64,000 bases of DNA, taken from contig CAYRDE010000001.1 in NCBI GenBank assembly GCA_964422935.1, positions 1,166 to 65,165 of the forward strand. The letters are read 5' to 3'. Each line of letters opens with the position of its first letter. The stretch's first letter is position 1. A program made the translations under genes and the position numbers. This DNA comes from an uncultured Oscillospiraceae bacterium. GTDB taxonomy: Bacteria; Bacillota; Clostridia; Oscillospirales; Oscillospiraceae. Below are positions 60,301-64,000 of this stretch, one piece after another. The notes beneath the pieces are model-generated. The model saw only the letters and a program-made list of their open reading frames with translations, made no database searches and had not been told where the DNA came from.

Positions 60301-61261
60301 CCTTGACGATGATGACTACAAGCAGACCGTGGTCATCAACCGGGCACGGGTTGACGCCAAAAAGCTCACTGTCCTCCAGGGGAGCATCACAGCCGATGGT
60401 ATCCCCAACCCCAGACTGCTGGGTTCTGTGACCCTCTACAAGGCGGATGGTGACGAAGTATCCAAGGCGCTGGACGGTGCGGAGTTCACCCTGTACAAGA
60501 AGAATGAGGCTACCAATCTCTGGGATCGGCTGAAGTCCTTCCTGACCGGCGGCACCTACACCGTGGAAGGCGTTCTGGACGGCACGGCCCTCCATGAAGC
60601 AGGCAAGCTGACAATCACGGATCTGGATTGGGGCACCTACAGACTGGTGGAGACCAAGGGCGCGGACGGCTACGCCGCGGTGGATGAGAATGGCGATCCC
60701 ATTGAAGTGGAGTTCACCATCGACCGGGACAGCAATAAGAACATTGCGCTGACATCGGATGGACACAGTTTCTACAACTACCATACCATACTGGTGATTC
60801 AGAAGCAGGGCACCAATGGCGCTGCGCTGACAGGCGCGGAGTTCAAGCTGGAAGGAACCTTTGTGGACGAAACCGGCAAGACCGTCACAGGCACCAAGAC
60901 CCTTGCCACAGACAGTAAGGGCCAGATCGTTCTGGAGGGCGTACTCATTGCCGGAGAAACCTATACCCTGACGGAAACCAAGGCGCCGAGCGGCTACAGC
61001 CTCCGGACCGGCAGCTTCCGCTTCCGGATGGAGGCAGACGGTTCCACCACGGTGGTAAGGAGCGCTTCGGGCTACCAGCTGAGCAAGTCGGAGTTCTTCG
61101 ACAATCAGATTGTGGTAACCGATCGCAGGAAATCCACAACCTTTAAGACGGGAGACAGCAGCGACCTGACCTTGTGGCTCAGCCTCACGGCGGCCTCACT
61201 GACAGGGCTTGTAACAGTCCTGGCACTCTCCCGTAAGAAGAAGCGCAATACCAAAGCATAA
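51368..61261 (+). CDS. Cna-B/SpaA-repeat wall-anchored adhesin, main part
   Basis: Repeated KxW.D...LPKY...Y and ETKAPxGY domains; FKTGD + TM + KKKR sorting signal. Confidence 0.85.
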   Translation: MEALQAKVTIAWLDWGDPQQLRPKDMQKLLQVYADGQLLSSDSYTITEEGPADFYGMEAYSYLISGLPVYAQAEAAESEEVTEGEEAAEEAEAGTPISYVVKQDTSLLTAYQNLDPLMLAVLLNPDAESEEELVVTEEQAAAFLAMDGEWAVTPEDGSAPARAFVNFFADGVVLAETKKETDWETDASVQTQVVWFDAINDKAYTHDGELLPYISYTVDGEQYDLSLTWDAQAIDNGDGTFRAAYSYTYTQEDADRLGVTAGEKLVITDTGDNNLNRTLAAANLTSKRIDRTLTQGTNSETGEPEWTVTEEKTTVITWSPISIGFWNGTENGPDNSKYPTPNVSRYSRKEEKNPDGSVSYTMYPMQNLVIDIEFRAGIENAKDHPGWAKTLFEQTGISMNGKDVNGDPGFNFDENLTDFWDQLLETYGARRSDFTLTGPDSDGRYHYTILNVPVYDTDKKQITYTLDTREETLNVNAPGDWYFTIENDNKNVPGYGTDVSQGYNGGTVILTRTNTTEYRATKIWQDELTKEERQSTDWTLWRYAARQGDTFEMAAQVFMDADNKTITIVATDKNGDVTKTFVNTFNWTTSGETIEHFLIENLPKYNSDGYEYTYFAREANLDSSYVRHFGAYTDGEFQEESAEETANREKTGYRGINNGGAVANQKTQYIPISVTKEWVAARYQNDLSNIQVVVKLKARHVRPQGDDAKDSWHDVLDGNGNPRTLTLEGFTAYQLTQTRTMEVDQYCSEGHELEFMWEEVAIYELETDEAGNLLKDEDGNYNVKKEIYKEKKVIDGEEQDIFCLSINSKAVETDSFPHADEYFVSNSNSNDQLGDGQVITNTLEGTTEYFVKKTWDETLTAGPITISLKAYDSAGRDVTQELTDKGYALEKTLKEDTPLTIKDENNKDTAYGGNYESRDSQWVHLFEDLPKYDAEGNLYNYIIREYGTTINGTMPEYHYGNDVDDDTVDEKQSVLIHNAPVPGVVQYIDVRKVWLDDSVTAGRDDCKFAIYAGTYPNGRLLYGKNDDDSNGLLGDYVIVAEGSNWWRHVDVTVFAYCVNVSGTIHYLTYGQLQQNWETLTEYDEKGQQVNNQDNRQRPDVYLSLYQREYQYEDDGTPKRDKDGNHLYDIVKLPYKDYLWTQESDASNTEDYWTAGFDLPKYDDHGTEIIYYASIFTVVNYTGIDYIGAQFGEGEVKDIDSFLKDDNLLNQSEVVYDKITGKFVVTHKENSSITEFFPQGNKNGLPLLEADNTFVEQIREKVNVIGRKIWENIPTGFPTNELPGLTFNLYRFKMNHSGQFLDGEDKPVSDEPDLNTRPRKVENHVLKVYAADNTAMTGEPVATYQVELMARVERVQSPGVDYEFKMNWVGFNDLEGNPIIGEDNAKRWSKLGGLNEGAEAYGKPMAKYDANGNMYRYAVVETMPSDDTWENLGNAYENLCGSINGYYITNTFDTVNNVAPIRVSKDWNFPNLNLKDDETPKFPERTEFKLYRFYKTVDGFGTPPVPSYAEPEEVATTVLEGREASYNWAAGNESTVTFRNPGATQADKDTQWPIYAPNGNPYIYFVGETPLDGYEEAKLTLNSGGVFDDPTGEGWPDLKDPQYSWASPAFKLEDQTAEVQVGVENKYTGEDHVDLTGSKVWRDYGGVFGTRPNSLILYLYRSAKEVNEYVGKLTLTLGGNGLSPAWNHTSPGPKNESPATNVTGDIKVTTELSEDKKTWTYHITGLDGYHTYAVPYTYKVQEDITNLGDYTAENGGAATGKTDTERNTVTMGDLTNSLTTSLTVEKLWKAGDDKPPVKMPPVVVKLQISDDNGKTWQWADAYFVKYFKNNVDFTYEEFLKEYQVVFDKELTPGHWSTEFIHLPKGIFKGEAKTFQYRAREIKIDDLEVKWDADLKTIVSIGGKPYNGTGYLIITEDDQDGTITNAFRETQFSVTKIWEGDENNRYGTRGDVDDEDTTTWSVSFHIYRSYQGNNGTPEILKYPGSDVDFVVTVSGVNRDDNATATVNNLPAQAPNGETYKYFAVELNPNGTEVSRNPIGDYNGTYGVVYDDGKDANTTTVTNTMNPTQLTVTKNWVGDQTSFRPENLPLTLYRRIQGTTGEGTKVPNAPAASWNKGNGNTWTATYGPLPKKDPSGNVYEYYVTEQTKDGYERPLYGTDSGAAGSKPNGEYWEETITNTATQFTLDKVSETASTEKLNGVTLVFQSSDNQWTLTWERNADGEERYEIKKGQGSWSASGEKENGGFVTGPVQITGLPVGKTFILKSETPPKGYVMPKGTVSFKLKADGTLSIVSGANTYLTLGTDNLALTLADPETQITLKKLNQENTEITEGYTFKLHGIFHTENGDKEEDRTLAPDSKVKEVKDGELMVSTNASSPEYTYTLTETGAPDGYKLSNVTVKFYLDVNGTVHILEGQSVATANGSTVSFKDDPFTLTVRKQEENANRFPAGAEFELKEHETNKVLGKFTTGKNGSVTINSTATNPKLKVDGIYVLTETKAPDGYLLPEENARSKTFQIQDDGTALTGTIDASGSFTPGTDPETAMLTFTDKPIKITLKKINVETNEGLSGARFRLDRKTSDNPEKWTTVRSGVTTGKDGTVLLWDAANGPYVVQGGTYRLVETQAPAGYVTEGTTEFTVSGDGKTVTVTGEAPSDTITVTNRKTSFKIMKRDNELEKPLSGATLAIYEYDASDDTHKGKRIATWETDGMGHTLDGVPEGEYILCEEVTPEGFAQIPSLHFKLREGNQIQLIGASTTHFALGEPEQGSDVYTIYAIDKKVRGHVALTKVRASDQAPLKGVMFDLYQVVPDGEDLRIARNLETNEHGEWTSVGSERLFEESVDAGKKLSTGLPKGDYYFLEVAATEDTALDRQTKHSFTITTDGEVAHPDKTGTIVNQMFTANVKLKKLDEVSGANVSGATFTLTYAADSAVYSQEAVTNSSGEVTFQDLPKKGTYILEETMAPNGYDIAGVHGEDHKPFKAELILDDDDYKQTVVINRARVDAKKLTVLQGSITADGIPNPRLLGSVTLYKADGDEVSKALDGAEFTLYKKNEATNLWDRLKSFLTGGTYTVEGVLDGTALHEAGKLTITDLDWGTYRLVETKGADGYAAVDENGDPIEVEFTIDRDSNKNIALTSDGHSFYNYHTILVIQKQGTNGAALTGAEFKLEGTFVDETGKTVTGTKTLATDSKGQIVLEGVLIAGETYTLTETKAPSGYSLRTGSFRFRMEADGSTTVVRSASGYQLSKSEFFDNQIVVTDRRKSTTFKTGDSSDLTLWLSLTAASLTGLVTVLALSRKKKRNTKA

Positions 61262-61275
61262 ATAACCCTAGTGAA

Positions 61276-61305
61276 AACCGCCTCTGCGTTCAGCAGAGGC
61301 GGTTT
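61276..61305. terminator. Terminator hairpin
   Basis: AAACCGCCTCTG/CAGAGGCGGTTT. Confidence 0.7.
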
Positions 61306-61500
61306 ACTATTCCCTCCGGTTATTGCATCATGCCATTTCGCAATTTTACATTGGGAAGGTTTTCGGTTAAAATGGGATTATCTGAAAAACAGGAGGCTAT
61401 GAACTTGGATAAGAGACGAAACCGTTTAAAATGCCTCCACCGCCATACAGCGGCAGATGGCGTCCTCAAAGGAGCGGATGGCACGGCTACGGTAGCCCTC

Positions 61501-62343
61501 CTAAGGATAGATCAGGCCCAGATACACAAAGCACCGCTTTTTGCCGATGCTTAAATGGATCACATCCCGGCTCTCCTCAATGCAGGAGCGGTAGGTAAAC
61601 GCGATACCCAGTCCCCGACGGGCCAGGGCCGATGCCATAGGCGCGGTGAGGTTGCCGCACACGGACTTCGGCGTTACCCCCAGCTTCTCAAATTCCCGCT
61701 GAGCGATATTTCCCAGCATGGCTGACCGACCGGAGATCAGAAAATCCAGATGCAGGATATCCTCCAGCTCCACCCAGGGACGGTTGGGCCCGCCGCCGCC
61801 CTCCCGGACAAACTCCATCACCGGATGGTCCCGGTTCGCCACCAGCACCACCTCGTCCTTCATCAGAAATTTTCCCTGGTCGTGCCACTGATCCGGGGTG
61901 ACGGCGACCATAGCCATGTCCAGGTCTCCGGAGGCAATCCTCCGCTCCAGGGCGCTGCTGTCATGCTCGTGGATGACCACCTCCACATTTGGTACCTCCT
62001 GCCGGAACAGATGCATGGCCTTGGGCAGCAGATAGCTCCCCCGGAAGGTACTGATGCCAAAGTGGATGACCCCCTTTACCGGCGCGTTCAAATCCGTCAG
62101 CTGCTTTTTGACCTGCTGATACTGAATCAGCATTTGCCGGGCGTTGCGGACATACAGCTCCCCGGCAGAGGTCAGCCGGACCCCGTTGGAGGCCCGCCGG
62201 AAGAGCTTGACCCCCAATTCCGCTTCATACCGGCTCAGGTATTGACTGAGACTGGACTGTGCAATGTATAGTTTTTCTGCCGCCCGGCTGATGCTTCCTT
62301 CCTCCGCCGTTGTCACAATGTATTCCAGTTCCTTTAATTCCAT
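61501..62343 (-). CDS. LysR family regulator
   Basis: GSISRAAEKLYIAQSSLS HTH. Confidence 0.9.
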   Translation of the reverse strand: MELKELEYIVTTAEEGSISRAAEKLYIAQSSLSQYLSRYEAELGVKLFRRASNGVRLTSAGELYVRNARQMLIQYQQVKKQLTDLNAPVKGVIHFGISTFRGSYLLPKAMHLFRQEVPNVEVVIHEHDSSALERRIASGDLDMAMVAVTPDQWHDQGKFLMKDEVVLVANRDHPVMEFVREGGGGPNRPWVELEDILHLDFLISGRSAMLGNIAQREFEKLGVTPKSVCGNLTAPMASALARRGLGIAFTYRSCIEESRDVIHLSIGKKRCFVYLGLIYP

Positions 62344-62541
62344 CTTGCTTCCTCCAAACCGTTGTTTTGACCAGATTTCTTCCTTCCTCTTTGTACAGGT
62401 TCACAAGCAATATCGGATTTTCCAATGGGTGATATACTACATGCAGACTTCCATCTGAATTATCGATATTATATAATACATTCAGACGAAAGGCAACAGG
62501 AAATGGCCTTTCCCAATCGGAAAAATTGAAAGGAGCACAAC

Positions 62542-63411
62542 ATGGCAGAAATTTCTTTACAGGGTGTTGTGGATATGCACGTCCATACCAACCCGGACCT
62601 GCGGCTGAGAGCTTACGATGATTTCCAGCTCTGTGATGCCGGTGTCCGGGTAGGGGCCCGGGCCATCGTCATCAAGTCCCACATGGGCAGCACCGCCGAG
62701 CGTGCCTATCTCGTAAACGCCTACAACCGGAAGGTCAACGGCAAAAACGACTTCACCATGGTCGGCAGCATTACCCTGAACCGCTGTGTAGGCGGCATCA
62801 ACCCGGTGGCTGTGGAAAACGCCCTGAAGCTGGGGGCCAAGGTGGTGTGGCTGCCCACCTCATCCGCCAGGAACCATCTGGAAAAGCTGGGCAAGTCCAC
62901 GGAAGGTTGTGTGGATGTGGTCCGGGACGGAGAAATCGTGCCGGAGCTGAGACAGGTTCTGGAACTGGTTAAGACTTATGACGCAGTCCTGGGCACCGCA
63001 CACATCTCGGTTCCGGAAATCTTCACCATCACCAAGGCGGCCCGGGAGCTGGGCCTCCAGAAAATCGTGGTGACCCATCCTGAATGGTGGATCGTGAACA
63101 TGTCCCTGGAGGACCAGGAGCGGATCGTCAAGGAATACGACGTAATTCTGGAGCGCTGCTACGCCCAGAACAAGGGCGTGGGTGCGGGCAACGGCTACTT
63201 AAGCAACCTCCCCGGCAATCTGGAGGTAATCCAGAAGATCGGCTACAAAAACGTCCTCATCAGCACCGACGGCGGTCAGGTGGAAAATCCCAACTGGGAG
63301 ATTGCGGAACGGAATTACCTGCAATACATGCTAGATCATGGCGTTCCCGAGGCGCATATCCGCTATATGAGCCACGACCTGCCCTGCAAGCTTATGGACA
63401 TTCAGGTGTGA
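62542..63411 (+). CDS. Amidohydrolase-fold protein (DUF6282-like)
   Basis: DMHVH, IKSH, GGINP.AVE, VVTHP, STDGGQ. Confidence 0.75.
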   Translation: MAEISLQGVVDMHVHTNPDLRLRAYDDFQLCDAGVRVGARAIVIKSHMGSTAERAYLVNAYNRKVNGKNDFTMVGSITLNRCVGGINPVAVENALKLGAKVVWLPTSSARNHLEKLGKSTEGCVDVVRDGEIVPELRQVLELVKTYDAVLGTAHISVPEIFTITKAARELGLQKIVVTHPEWWIVNMSLEDQERIVKEYDVILERCYAQNKGVGAGNGYLSNLPGNLEVIQKIGYKNVLISTDGGQVENPNWEIAERNYLQYMLDHGVPEAHIRYMSHDLPCKLMDIQV

Positions 63412-63429
63412 GAAACCGGGAGGAAGAAA

Positions 63430-63666
63430 ATGGAAGGTACATTTTTGAGTATCTGCATCATCGCTGCCATCGCTCTGCGGTATTCCCGTGTTTTAAAACC
63501 AAAATCAACACCGGCTTTTTCGGCTCCACCACCGGTGTGGTTTACCCCGCTCTGTTCCCCCCTGATCCTGAGCTCCTGCGGCAGCAAGGAGGAGCGCAAT
63601 ATCCTGTTAAGCCACCTGCTGTTTGTGGCAGTGTCTATCAAGCGTAGGCATCTGCGCAGTTTATAA
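63430..63666 (+). pseudogene. Collapsed remnant of a dicarboxylate-type permease
   Basis: Fragments KTKINTGFF, STTGVVYPALFP and SSCGSKEERNILL..LLFV in two frames within ~240 bp. Confidence 0.5.
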
Positions 63667-63709
63667 CCTGGTTCTTTCTATGATTCTGTAATAAAAAGGA
63701 GAAAACAAT

Positions 63710-64000
63710 ATGCTGAAATTATTTGAGTCCGGTGTTTATCTGGTAAACGGGAAGGAAATCGTCACCGATCCCGCAGAAGTAACCGCCAAGACAGGCAAGG
63801 CTGTCTCTCAGGCAGAGGCCGCCCGGAATACCATGGCCTATTCCATTCTGAAAGCCCACAACACCGTAGAGGACATGGATTCCCTCCGCCTGAAGTTCGA
63901 CTCCATGACCTCCCACGACATCACCTACGTTGGCATCATCCAGACCGCCCGGGCTTCCGGCATGAAGGAGTTCCCCCTGCCCTACGTTCTGACCAACTGC
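63710..64000 (+). CDS. Aconitase-family hydratase (YbhJ-like), 5' part
   Basis: TMAYSILKAHN...KFDSMTSHDITYVGIIQTARASG...PYVLTNC. Confidence 0.85.
   Translation, partial: MLKLFESGVYLVNGKEIVTDPAEVTAKTGKAVSQAEAARNTMAYSILKAHNTVEDMDSLRLKFDSMTSHDITYVGIIQTARASGMKEFPLPYVLTNC

Overview
Positions 1-~39200 are a temperate prophage with a short-tailed (podovirus-like) gene set, integrated at the 3' end of a host tRNA-Arg(ACG) at 39197-39273. The host looks like a Clostridia-type Firmicute (inferred from gene content). The integrase runs off the left edge. Prophage order: immunity switch (CI/Cro), recombination/replication, antirepressor cassette, RusA, tail and ejection genes, a reversed small-gene block, TerS, tRNA-Gly, TerL, scaffold, capsid, portal, tail fibre, lysis. 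Positions ~39350-64000 are host genes: PIG-L deacetylase, mutY, PHP phosphatase, sugar transferase, ychF, an MBOAT/SGNH pair, transglutaminase, a frameshifted giant Cna-B adhesin, LysR, DUF6282-like hydrolase, a transporter remnant and the start of an aconitase-family hydratase. Three signals missed by the ORF track stand out. (1) The 2167-aa putative ejection protein contains a zeta-toxin-like domain preceded by a perfect internal sigma-A promoter, plus a nested out-of-frame small ORF with its own strong SD (candidate immunity gene). (2) A promoter- and terminator-bounded ~300-nt structured RNA in the immunity region carries an exact copy of a hairpin found twice in the scaffold/capsid leader. 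(3) An AGAGC-N3-GAGCC/terminator element gates both late operons, one copy directly behind a Cys-rich KTR zinc-finger gene. All calls come from reading the sequence by eye; no searches were run.
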